From: Minisyncoccota bacterium
Lineage (GTDB): Bacteria > Patescibacteriota > Minisyncoccia > Phycocordibacterales > GWA1-40-21
Length of the DNA stretch: 56,632 nucleotides
Assembly: GCA_041663745.1 (NCBI GenBank)
Contig: JBAYMB010000001.1
Span: 1 to 56,632, forward strand
Direction of reading: 5' to 3'
Positions 16,693 through 24,930 of the stretch are shown piece by piece. The translations under genes were made by a program, and so were the position numbers. Under the pieces are notes generated by a model. It made no database searches and had not been told where the DNA came from. It saw nothing but the letters and a program-made list of their open reading frames with translations. Every line of letters starts with the position of its first letter. Within the stretch, counting starts at the first letter, position 1.

Positions 16693-17466
16693 ATGAATAT
16701 CAAATACATAGACATCCATTCTCACTTAGGCTTTGGCGACTATGCCAAAGATCTTGACGATGTCCTCGAAAGGATGAGGGATCTTGGAGTTGCCACGGTT
16801 ACGGTCGGAACCGACCTTGAAAGTTCCAAAGAAGCTGTCAAGATCGCCAACAAGTTCGATAATGTCTGGGCCTGCATCGGGGCGCATCCGGAGGATGACA
16901 GAACCTTTGTTTTTGAAGAGAAGGATTTTGCTGAGCTTGTCAAAGATCCGAAGGTTGTGGCCATAGGGGAGTGCGGGTTGGACTATTTCAGATTGAAAGA
17001 GAACATTGAAGAAGAAAAGGCTAGACAGAAGAGGGAATTCATAAAACAGATAGAATTCTCCATCAAGTATGACAAGCCTTTGATGCTCCATATACGCGAA
17101 GCATATGAGGATGCATATGAGATCTTGAAAAAATATCCAAAAGCTCGTGGAAATATGCATTTTTTCACTGGAAGCTCGGAAACTGCAAAGAAGTTCATTG
17201 AACTTGGATTCACGATATCTTTCCCAGGTGTCATCACTTTTGCAAAAGAGACAGAGGAGGCTGTGAAGAACATCCCGCTTGAAATGATGCATGCAGAGAC
17301 GGATTCTCCGTTTGCAACGCCCGTGCCGTATAGAGGGAAGAGGAATGAGCCGGTGTATGTTATAGAGGTGGTGAAAAAGATAGCTCTTATACGAGGGGAT
17401 GATCTTGAGAAGGTGAGAATACAGCTTTTGGATAATGCTAAGAGGGTGTTTGGTCTCACGTTTTAA
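16693..17466 (+). CDS. tatD: TatD-family metal-dependent hydrolase
   Basis: IDIHSHL..., GECGLDY and HAETDSP motifs; ~257 aa. Confidence 0.85.
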   Translation: MNIKYIDIHSHLGFGDYAKDLDDVLERMRDLGVATVTVGTDLESSKEAVKIANKFDNVWACIGAHPEDDRTFVFEEKDFAELVKDPKVVAIGECGLDYFRLKENIEEEKARQKREFIKQIEFSIKYDKPLMLHIREAYEDAYEILKKYPKARGNMHFFTGSSETAKKFIELGFTISFPGVITFAKETEEAVKNIPLEMMHAETDSPFATPVPYRGKRNEPVYVIEVVKKIALIRGDDLEKVRIQLLDNAKRVFGLTF

Positions 17467-17484
17467 TATGCTATATTTCTACAT

Positions 17485-18360
17485 ATGATAGAACCCAAGA
17501 CCCTCATCACCAAGCCAAGCGCCGAGTACGAGCTGATAGACTCTGGAAACGAAGAGAAGCTTGAGCGATATGGAAAATACGTCCTTAGAAGGCCAGATCC
17601 CCAAGCTCTGTGGAACAAGACTCTGCCAGAGAAGGAGTGGAAGAATGCAGATGCATTCTTCTTCAGAGAGGATGATAAAAAAGGCTGGAAGAAGAAAAAT
17701 GAGAGCATGCAGAACGAATGGCAGATATCTTTCGGGAAACTGAGATTCAACATAAAACCGACAGCTTTCAAGCACACAGGGGTCTTTCCGGAACAGGAGC
17801 AGAATTGGAAGTGGACGATGGAGAGGATAGAGAAGGCGGGCAGGCCTGTGAAGATACTGAATCTCTTCGGATATACAGGCGGAGCTACGCTTGCAGCGCT
17901 TTCTGCTGGAGCCGAGGTCACGCATGTGGACGGTTCAAAGTCCGCTGTTACTTGGGCAAAGGAGAATGCCGAACTATCAGGTCTTTCCAAGAAGCCTGTG
18001 AGATGGATCATAGATGATGCAAAGAAGTTCGTCATGAGGGAGATAAAGAGGGGGGTCAAATATGACGGCATCATCATGGACCCGCCATCCTTCGGTAGGG
18101 GGGCAAAAGGCGAGATCTGGAAGATAGAGGATGACCTTCCTGCACTTATCGAGGAGTGTTCAAAGATCCTCTCTTCTGACCCGATCCTGTTTTTGATAAA
18201 CGGATACGCGGCGGGATACTCATCCATTGCATACTACAATACCCTTGAACCTAAGATGAAGAAATACTGGGGACAGTTCGAGATAGGCGAGCTTACAATA
18301 CAGGAATCAAAGGGGGGCAGACTGCTCCCTTGCGGGATATTCGTCCGCTGGTCCCGTTAA
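17485..18360 (+). CDS. Class I SAM-dependent methyltransferase (RlmI/RlmK-like catalytic domain)
   Basis: LNLFGYTGGATLAAL (SAM motif I) and IIMDPPSF (motif IV). TGcTATATT (17469-17477) lies 7 nt before the ATG. Confidence 0.7.
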   Translation: MIEPKTLITKPSAEYELIDSGNEEKLERYGKYVLRRPDPQALWNKTLPEKEWKNADAFFFREDDKKGWKKKNESMQNEWQISFGKLRFNIKPTAFKHTGVFPEQEQNWKWTMERIEKAGRPVKILNLFGYTGGATLAALSAGAEVTHVDGSKSAVTWAKENAELSGLSKKPVRWIIDDAKKFVMREIKRGVKYDGIIMDPPSFGRGAKGEIWKIEDDLPALIEECSKILSSDPILFLINGYAAGYSSIAYYNTLEPKMKKYWGQFEIGELTIQESKGGRLLPCGIFVRWSR

Positions 18361-18419
18361 AATGACACCTGTGATATAATGTCTGCTGTAAGGTTTATCA
18401 ATTTTAATCTTTAAACAAT

Positions 18420-19217
18420 ATGATGGAAGGAGAAAATAGCTGTAATTGCAAGATGTGCGATTGCATGAAAAATCACCCGAGATGCAAGAAATTCCTCAGG
18501 ATCGTGCTGGCGATCATCATCGCTATCATAGTCGTTGAGGCATTTGATTGCGACAGAAGAGACACTGAACAAAAAGATACCATAGTCGTTGCCGGAAAAG
18601 GCGAGCTAACGGTCAAGCCTGACATAGCAACGATCTCTTTCTCTGTGATGGAGGAGAATATGGATGTCTCAAAGGCATCTGATGCTGTTAACAAGAAGAT
18701 CGCGAAGATAATGGATGTCTTGAAAGCGGACAGTGTCGATGAGAAGGATATAAAGACTACCGATTACAACATCTACCCGAGATATGACTATACTAGCGCG
18801 CAAATATATCCATACAGGGGCACACAGGTGCTTGCCGGATACGATGTTACGCAAAGCATAACAGTCAAGATAAGGGATCTTTCAAAGGCAGGGAAGATAA
18901 TCACTGATCTTGGAACCCTAGGAGTCACAAATATGAGCGGACTTTCGTTCACCGAGGACAAATATGACGAATTGGTGAAGGAGGCGAGAGACCAAGCCAT
19001 AGCTCAGGCCAGGACGGAAGCAAAGAAGCTTGCAAAGGCCCTTGGCGTAAGGCTTGGCAAGATAGTCGGATATTCCGAGGGTGCAAACTATCCTACCTAC
19101 TACAAATCCGCAGTGATGGATTCTTCAATGGGAATGGGCGGCGCGACAGAGGCTGTCATCCCTACAGGAGAGAACAAGATCACTTCAAGCGTCAGTGTCA
19201 CGTATGAGATAAAATAA
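18420..19217 (+). CDS. SIMPL-domain (DUF541) membrane-anchored protein
   Basis: GELTVKPDIATISFSV... with a C-terminal ...ITSSVSVTYEI pattern typical of SIMPL/26-kDa periplasmic protein. N-terminal Cys-rich tail followed by a TM helix. Confidence 0.7.
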   Translation: MMEGENSCNCKMCDCMKNHPRCKKFLRIVLAIIIAIIVVEAFDCDRRDTEQKDTIVVAGKGELTVKPDIATISFSVMEENMDVSKASDAVNKKIAKIMDVLKADSVDEKDIKTTDYNIYPRYDYTSAQIYPYRGTQVLAGYDVTQSITVKIRDLSKAGKIITDLGTLGVTNMSGLSFTEDKYDELVKEARDQAIAQARTEAKKLAKALGVRLGKIVGYSEGANYPTYYKSAVMDSSMGMGGATEAVIPTGENKITSSVSVTYEIK

Positions 19218-19230
19218 CGGATAGGAGCTG

Positions 19231-19265
19231 AAAAAGACCATTCCGCAAGGCGGAATGGTCTTTTG
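19231..19265 (+). terminator. Rho-independent terminator
   Basis: GACCATTCCGC (19236-19246) pairs with GCGGAATGGTC (19250-19260), flanked by A5 and T4. Confidence 0.8.
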
Positions 19266-19298
19266 TTTTGTATTTACATATAGTAGAATATTTCCAGA

Positions 19299-19682
19299 AT
19301 GCACAAAGATTTTGACAAATGGAACACAGAAAAGAAAAACCTCGAGATTCGAGAGAAGAAGATCAGATTTCATGAAAGGGAGATATGGTGGTGCTCAATC
19401 GGTACAAATATCGGCGATGAACAGGATGGAAAGAATCTTTTGTTTGAAAGGCCAGTGCTTGTTTTGAGAAAATTCAATGATAAGTTGCTTTGGGCGGTTC
19501 CCATGACTACAAAGGTAAAAGAAGGGACATATTATCGAATGCTTGATCACGATGGGGTCACTTTTTCCGTCATTCTTTCCCAGATACGCCTGTTAAGCGT
19601 CAAACGGCTACAAAGAAGAATACGAAAAATAAATGAAAACGACTTTCAAACAATAATAGACGGAATAAAAGGTCTGTTTTAG
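19299..19682 (+). CDS. PemK/MazF-like toxin-fold protein with no adjacent antitoxin gene
   Basis: REIWWCSIGTNIGDEQDGKNLLFERPVLVLRKF and SQIRLLSVKRL resemble the MazF/PemK core motifs. Confidence 0.55.
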   Translation: MHKDFDKWNTEKKNLEIREKKIRFHEREIWWCSIGTNIGDEQDGKNLLFERPVLVLRKFNDKLLWAVPMTTKVKEGTYYRMLDHDGVTFSVILSQIRLLSVKRLQRRIRKINENDFQTIIDGIKGLF

Positions 19683-19871
19683 GGAACGAACAAAGCCCCT
19701 TTCGGGGCTTCTCGGGGGCCTTACGGCCATTTGTGCTCTCAGTGTATACCTTTGTTGGGGAGAAGTCAAGTTGAATTTTGACAACACCACCCCTTGCATT
19801 TTTTGGGGCTTTTGTGGTACTATATATTTAGCCCCCGAAGGGGGTTTTAAAATACAAATTAACAAAAAACC

Positions 19872-20051
19872 ATGTCTAAAATATCAAACTATCTTTCAGA
19901 GACCAAAGAGGAGATGAAGCATGTCTCTTGGCCTACGAAAAAGCAGACCATGACCTTTACGATCTTGGTGATCGCAATTTCAATTTTTGTCGCCGCATAT
20001 CTCGGTCTCTTTGATTATATATTCTCTATCGGTCTCAAGAATTTGATCTAA
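19872..20051 (+). CDS. secE: Preprotein translocase subunit SecE (59 aa, absent from the ORF track)
   Basis: My translation is MSKISNYLSETKEEMKHVSWPTKKQTMTFTILVIAISIFVAAYLGLFDYIFSIGLKNLI*. It has the K-V-x-W-P motif and a single TM helix, and sits immediately upstream of nusG. Confidence 0.8.
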   Translation: MSKISNYLSETKEEMKHVSWPTKKQTMTFTILVIAISIFVAAYLGLFDYIFSIGLKNLI

Positions 20052-20066
20052 CTTTAAAATAAAATC

Positions 20067-20612
20067 ATGGCCAAACAAACAATAGAGGAAGGGCGAAATT
20101 GGTACGCTATACACACATATGCAGGATATGAGAATGCCGTTGCAAGGAATTTGAAGCAAAGGATCGATTCTTTGAACATGAATGATAAGATATTCAATGT
20201 CGTCGTTCCTGTCGAGAAGAAGATAAAGATAAAAGGGAACAAGAGAGTGGAGGAGGAAGAGAAGATATATCCCGGGTACATCCTTGTCGATATGATAGTC
20301 ACTGATGAATCATGGTTCGTGGTCAGGAACACCCCTCGCGTCACTGGTTTTGTCGGGGCCGGAGTATATCCAGTTCCGCTTACGCAGAAAGAAGTTGATT
20401 TCTTCCTCGGGAACATGAACAAGAACACTGTCACCCATGCCGTTGATTTCTCGGTGGGGGAATCCGTGAAGATCATAGACGGTCCGTTCAAAGACCTTGA
20501 TGGGAAGATAAGCGAGATAGACGCGGAGAAGGGAAAGGCGAGGGTCATGGTCCTCATGTTCGGAAGGGAGACATCCGTCGAGCTCGATCTCTTGCAGATA
20601 AGGAAATCATAA
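20067..20612 (+). CDS. nusG: Transcription antitermination factor NusG
   Basis: NWYAIHTYAGYENAV (NGN domain) and a C-terminal KOW (GESVKIIDGPFKDLDGKI). Confidence 0.9.
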   Translation: MAKQTIEEGRNWYAIHTYAGYENAVARNLKQRIDSLNMNDKIFNVVVPVEKKIKIKGNKRVEEEEKIYPGYILVDMIVTDESWFVVRNTPRVTGFVGAGVYPVPLTQKEVDFFLGNMNKNTVTHAVDFSVGESVKIIDGPFKDLDGKISEIDAEKGKARVMVLMFGRETSVELDLLQIRKS

Positions 20613-20679
20613 CAGCTTGATAAATCCGGCTTTTTGAGCTAGTATCTCTAAGCCTCTAAATTAACCAATACAAAAACAA

Positions 20680-21102
20680 ATGGCAAAGAAAATATTAAAA
20701 AAATTGAAGCTTCAGATACCGGCAGGAAAGGCCAATCCGGCGCCACCTATAGGCCCGGCCCTCGGTCAGGCGGGCATCAATATCGGGGATTTCGTCAATA
20801 AATTCAACACCGCTACGAAGGACAAGATAGGGAGCATCCTTCCTGTCGTCATAACAGTATACGAGGACAGATCATACGATTTCATCTTGAAGACCCCCCC
20901 GACGGTAAGCATGATACTCAAAGCTTTAGGGCGGGAGAAGGGTTCGGGAAAGCCGAACACGAACAAGATTGGCACTCTCTCAAAAGCCCAGGTCAAAGAG
21001 ATTGCGGAACAGAAGATGGTGGATATGAATGCAAATGATATAAACGCCGCCATGAGAATGGTGGAAGGGGCCGCTAGGTCCATGGGAGTTGAGGTCAAAT
21101 AA
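20680..21102 (+). CDS. rplK: 50S ribosomal protein L11
   Basis: [26 protein letters not shown] signature. Confidence 0.95.
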   Translation: MAKKILKKLKLQIPAGKANPAPPIGPALGQAGINIGDFVNKFNTATKDKIGSILPVVITVYEDRSYDFILKTPPTVSMILKALGREKGSGKPNTNKIGTLSKAQVKEIAEQKMVDMNANDINAAMRMVEGAARSMGVEVK

Positions 21103-21105
21103 ATG

Positions 21106-21140
21106 GGAAAAACAGCTTGCAATGCGAGCTGTTTTTTTTT
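21106..21140 (+). terminator. Rho-independent terminator directly after rplK
   Basis: AACAGCT (21111-21117) pairs with AGCTGTT (21127-21133) with inner GC pairs, then T9. Confidence 0.75.
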
Positions 21141-21210
21141 GTTGACTTTTAATTTCATCTTTGTTAATACTTAGATTAGAAGTTTGAGAAAAGACAGGAA
21201 GGAGCGGAAC

Positions 21211-21804
21211 ATGAAAGTGTCAGAGAGCGCATTTGCGATGAGTTACGAAGACATCAGAACAAGCCTTACTGTCATAGCAGCGGAACGCGAGTGGGGAGAC
21301 TGCGCCGGGACGAAGTCTTTGGAAGAGCTCATCTCGGAAGTGGAAAAAGGCGAAAGTTTCGTGGCAAAGGTCGAGGGGCTCGGTATTGTCCGCGTCATCA
21401 TGTCCGTTCGGGTCAAAGTCCTTCATCAAGACCTGATCTTGTGGGAGTTGTTCCGCAAAAAGGAAGGCAAGATATCGTCTAGATATCTCAATTCTTCTTT
21501 GGGGGAAAAGATGTTTGTCGATGAGAAGCCCAAGGATGCCGCTTTGCGGGGCCTTCTTGAGGAATTGGGCGTGACCGTGGACAGGAATGACCTATCGGCC
21601 ACAGTCGTGGATCCCAAAAGGGAGGTGAAGGATTCGGGAAGCTTTCCCGGGCTCAAGACGGTATATTATTTCTACCCCTTTGCAGTCACTTTCGACTCTC
21701 GCGCCTACAAATCAGAATACATCACTGAAGAGAATGGGCGCAAGACCTGTTTTGTCTGGATACCGGTCGAATCATGGATAAAGATCCAAGAACTGATCTC
21801 CTGA
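21211..21804 (+). CDS. Nudix-like protein with a degenerate Nudix box, in a G+C-rich islet
   Basis: GEKMFVDEKPKDAALRGLLEELGV compares with GX5EX7REUXEEXGU: the second half RGLLEELGV fits, the first half is off by one residue. Start taken at ATG-21211, 6 nt after GGAAGGAG. Confidence 0.4.
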   Translation: MKVSESAFAMSYEDIRTSLTVIAAEREWGDCAGTKSLEELISEVEKGESFVAKVEGLGIVRVIMSVRVKVLHQDLILWELFRKKEGKISSRYLNSSLGEKMFVDEKPKDAALRGLLEELGVTVDRNDLSATVVDPKREVKDSGSFPGLKTVYYFYPFAVTFDSRAYKSEYITEENGRKTCFVWIPVESWIKIQELIS

Positions 21805-21820
21805 GATTCGATCGTTTGGA

Positions 21821-21852
21821 GGGTGGCGTGCCATTAGGGCGCCACCTTTTTT
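21821..21852. terminator. Bidirectional terminator between convergent genes
   Basis: GGTGGCG (21822-21828) pairs with CGCCACC (21840-21846), then T6. It overlaps the stop of the minus-strand HAD gene. Confidence 0.65.
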
Positions 21853-22537
21853 ATATCAAATACTTCTCTATTTCTACGAGCAAAGACAGCTGAGGACAAT
21901 CAACATCAAGATTTTTTTCTTTCTGGTTCACCAAGATCGAATTTATTCCCAATTTCTTCGGTTCCATGTGATCTGACATCACTCTGTCTCCGATATACAA
22001 GAACTGGTCAGGTTTGAGACTAGGATATTTTTTCATCCATATCTTATATGCCGAACCGTCCGATTTTGAGACATCATCTTGAGTGAAAATATTATTGAAT
22101 AGACGGAGATCGAACCCAAGATGTCCAAGTTTTTCCTTTGTTATCTTCAGGTTTGAGCCGGTTATGATATCCAGATTGCCATACCTTTCCTTCAGTTTTT
22201 TGACGATGCTCAGTGTTTTTTCGTCAGGGCTCAAGAACTTCGCTATATCGGCCTTTTCAAGGGCCATTTGAACGACCTCTTTGGCATTTGGAACGCCAAG
22301 AACCTCCAGACTTTTGCTGCCGCTCAGTCCAGCCCCGTCCTTATACAGGTCTTTGAACATTTTTTTGGATTCCTCTATGGTCGTGTGCCTTTGCTCCGAT
22401 ATCTTCCTATATATGTATTCTTGTATAGTCTCATCGATCTCCGGAGATTTCGGAAAGAGCGTCTGGTCCAGATCGAAGCCTATGACCTTTATGTTTTTTT
22501 TATAGTCAAAATTCATATTAGTTTGATCTTCCGACAT
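21851..22537 (-). CDS. HAD-superfamily (subfamily IA-like) phosphatase, possible nucleotidase
   Basis: Motif I VIGFDLDQTLF, with motif III/IV ...YIGDRVMSD. Overlaps the upstream gene by 20 nt. Confidence 0.75.
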   Translation of the reverse strand: MSEDQTNMNFDYKKNIKVIGFDLDQTLFPKSPEIDETIQEYIYRKISEQRHTTIEESKKMFKDLYKDGAGLSGSKSLEVLGVPNAKEVVQMALEKADIAKFLSPDEKTLSIVKKLKERYGNLDIITGSNLKITKEKLGHLGFDLRLFNNIFTQDDVSKSDGSAYKIWMKKYPSLKPDQFLYIGDRVMSDHMEPKKLGINSILVNQKEKNLDVDCPQLSLLVEIEKYLI

Positions 22538-24926
22538 ATATTATCACGGATTCACCGAGATCGTTCCCCAGCTCTTTCTTGTATTGCGTCACGAGATAGT
22601 TCACAAGCCCTCTGTCTTTTTCCAGATTTTTTATGGAATGGTTCATGAACACTGCTGTGGCGTATATCTTTTCGCCATACACATTCGCTTGGAAGAATGC
22701 CAGCATGTCGGATTGCGGGTCGGTCTTGCCCGGAATATATTCGCCTATTATCGGGTTATTGTGCTTGCCGCCCTTTTTGACTAGATATTCTATGGCTTTA
22801 TTGAGTATGTTGACGCTGTTGTAATTTTCCAGGACGTCCAAAGTCCTGCTTTTCGGCCTCTCGTCGCTCTCCTTCGCCTGTTCTTGGAATATAGCGACGA
22901 TATTTTTCGGCCTTATTCCGCCTTTTCCTTTCAGATCATACGGTCCGCTGTCCATATTCACCTCACCGCAAGGTTTGGACGGTTCTGCGAGGATCTTCTT
23001 CGTCCTCTGCTCTTCGGACAGAAGCAGAATGTTTGCCCTGTTTGAGAGCATGAACATATCGCCGGATCTCAATCCCAAAGCTTCCCGAAGGGGAGCGACA
23101 TATGCATCATGCAGTCCGAAGATGTTTTCCGGATATGCATTCACCGCGTTATGCGCTCTTGCTATGTGGAAAGAATGTAATTTCCCGTTCTCAACGAAAA
23201 ATATGTCGTGGGTCAGGCAGGGGTCATGGGAAAATTTGAGCTTCTTGGTCGCGGTATCGATGTAGAAGGACATGTCCTTCACGGGATCGAACCTTTGGAC
23301 TATGGTCGCCAGATCCTTGTTCTTCAACAAGGTCTTTTTGGTCGTTTCCATCTGATCAAAGCCGAAATATGCCCTTGTCCTCTCGCCGTATGTATATGTC
23401 CCGTCGTTGTCCTTCCTCATCAATTGGCTCTTATATGCTTCCCTTATTTCTTCTCCCGTTTGATTTCCCTGCCTGTATATTTCCGGGAATATCTTCAATG
23501 CGGAATCCACATCCCTGTATATGGCAAGCACGGAAGCGGACCTCGCCAGTCCTTTCCACTCATCCCCGTGATTTTCCGTTATGCCCTCGGTGTATATCTT
23601 CCTCAATACGGATTTATGGGTATCCAAGAACGAATCGCTCTCCGAAACGAGGAAGGGGAGCTTTGTCTTGTTTATCTTGAATATGGGGATGAAGTCCTGA
23701 ATGAAGGAATAGCCGAATTTTGCCGCTATCCCGGCCCTGCTTGTCTGGGTTCCGACATCCAGCCTGTGCAGGAAATCCATCTCATATCTCTCAAATCTGT
23801 CCAATTCGGCTATCTTCTCAAGGACAACGGTGACGCTCTCTGATATGAGCTCAAAAATCTCCTCGCAGGCGTCAAAAGCCATGCACATGACGCGCACGCC
23901 TTCCTTGCCATTGTTTATCTTGTAGTAGTATTTTTTGTCTATTATGGTCTTAATCTGGTTTTCCACGGGAATCTCTCTCGTACCAAGAATATTATTTTCT
24001 TTCACGAAAGGCTTCGTCTCAATGCTGTTTGAGAGCTCGATGCTTGCTCGTCCGAGCTCTGCGCCGAGCACGAGCTGTTCAATATGGGAGAAGGAATCTT
24101 TTTCTTTGCCCAAGAATTTCAAAAGGGTGTATCCGACAATGAAAGGATTCTCCGATTTTATGAAAACATCCCCCTTTTTTGTCCTTATATCGAGCCTTAT
24201 GTACTTTCCTTCGGCGACCGATGCTTTGAACGGGCAGTCGAAAGTCTCGTCTTTTCCGGAGAGTATGATCTTCGGGGGCTCAAGATGCCTGTATTCCTTC
24301 GGGTCTATGTTTATCGCGGTCTTTTTCTCCGTCTTAATCGAAGCTACCAATGAAATGAGCTTGTTCAGGGAGTCATAGTATATCTTGTCTTTTTTGTTAA
24401 TCTCCTCAAGGAGAGCTATGATCTTCGGATCGGTTTTCGGCTTGAGCCAGTTCAGGTAGTTTTCTATTATCTTTTGACTGGCCGCATTTTTGTGCATGAA
24501 CACAGGCAGAACTATGATCTCATCCTTGAAAATATTGAATATGTTCTTGCTCAGGTTGGGGTAATATGGCGAGGCGGCGATACCTTCTTTGATGTAATTT
24601 CCTTCCTTGTTCTCCACGAATCCGTTCTGCATGGCCTGCAGAAGGTTCGTGCTCGGGGCGAAGGTCACGGTCTCCTCGGAGAAAAGTATGAGGTATCTTT
24701 GGGTCGGATGGGCGAGGCAGTTCAATATCATCCTTTCAACGCCATCTCGGCTTACGATGAGCGACCCGAGGACCGCCACATTCTTCCTGTTGTTCTCCTC
24801 TATGCTGCTCAAAACCTCACCGGCCGACGTGGTGTTCGTGCATATGCCGATAATCCCTTGCGCTCCTTCCTCGGGCGTCAGGAGTATCGCTTCTACCAAT
24901 GGAAATTTTGTTTTTATGTCCTTCAT
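22518..24926 (-). CDS. 802-aa fusion: MtrA/DUF4346-like N-terminal domain + unknown middle region + thymidylate-synthase (ThyA)-fold domain
   Basis: Residues ~50-140 (GVERMILNCLAHPTQRYLILFSEE...LLQAMQNG...) parallel MtrA [24 protein letters not shown]...IEALHQNG. Residues ~510-635 (YGERTRAYFGFDQ...DPCLTHDIFFVENGKLHSFHIARAHNAVNAYPENIFGL...GDMFML) parallel ThyA YGKQWR...DQ...[38 protein letters not shown]...GDFVWT. Confidence 0.7.
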   Translation of the reverse strand: MKDIKTKFPLVEAILLTPEEGAQGIIGICTNTTSAGEVLSSIEENNRKNVAVLGSLIVSRDGVERMILNCLAHPTQRYLILFSEETVTFAPSTNLLQAMQNGFVENKEGNYIKEGIAASPYYPNLSKNIFNIFKDEIIVLPVFMHKNAASQKIIENYLNWLKPKTDPKIIALLEEINKKDKIYYDSLNKLISLVASIKTEKKTAINIDPKEYRHLEPPKIILSGKDETFDCPFKASVAEGKYIRLDIRTKKGDVFIKSENPFIVGYTLLKFLGKEKDSFSHIEQLVLGAELGRASIELSNSIETKPFVKENNILGTREIPVENQIKTIIDKKYYYKINNGKEGVRVMCMAFDACEEIFELISESVTVVLEKIAELDRFERYEMDFLHRLDVGTQTSRAGIAAKFGYSFIQDFIPIFKINKTKLPFLVSESDSFLDTHKSVLRKIYTEGITENHGDEWKGLARSASVLAIYRDVDSALKIFPEIYRQGNQTGEEIREAYKSQLMRKDNDGTYTYGERTRAYFGFDQMETTKKTLLKNKDLATIVQRFDPVKDMSFYIDTATKKLKFSHDPCLTHDIFFVENGKLHSFHIARAHNAVNAYPENIFGLHDAYVAPLREALGLRSGDMFMLSNRANILLLSEEQRTKKILAEPSKPCGEVNMDSGPYDLKGKGGIRPKNIVAIFQEQAKESDERPKSRTLDVLENYNSVNILNKAIEYLVKKGGKHNNPIIGEYIPGKTDPQSDMLAFFQANVYGEKIYATAVFMNHSIKNLEKDRGLVNYLVTQYKKELGNDLGESVIIYVGRSN

Positions 24927-24930
24927 TGTT

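Noticed and set aside
17463-18227. Long antisense ORFs inside well-supported genes (also 20054..20557, 28784..29359, 29369..30016, 44332..44880, 16983..17459, 14514..15026, 33017..33526, 36444..37136)
   Set aside because: Each lies opposite a CDS with clear family motifs (methyltransferase, NusG, flavoprotein, S6, TatD, transporter, ArgRS, IleRS). None has recognisable motifs of its own.
19683-19871. A promoter-like TTGCAT-18-TACTAT (19794-19823) followed immediately by a GC hairpin + TTTT (19831-19848) upstream of secE, considered as an attenuator or small RNA
   Set aside because: The spacing would make the transcript begin inside the hairpin, and the -35/-10 match is weak. It is more simply a pair of terminator hairpins (19694-19709 and 19831-19848) after the MazF-like gene. 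I left it unannotated as a feature.
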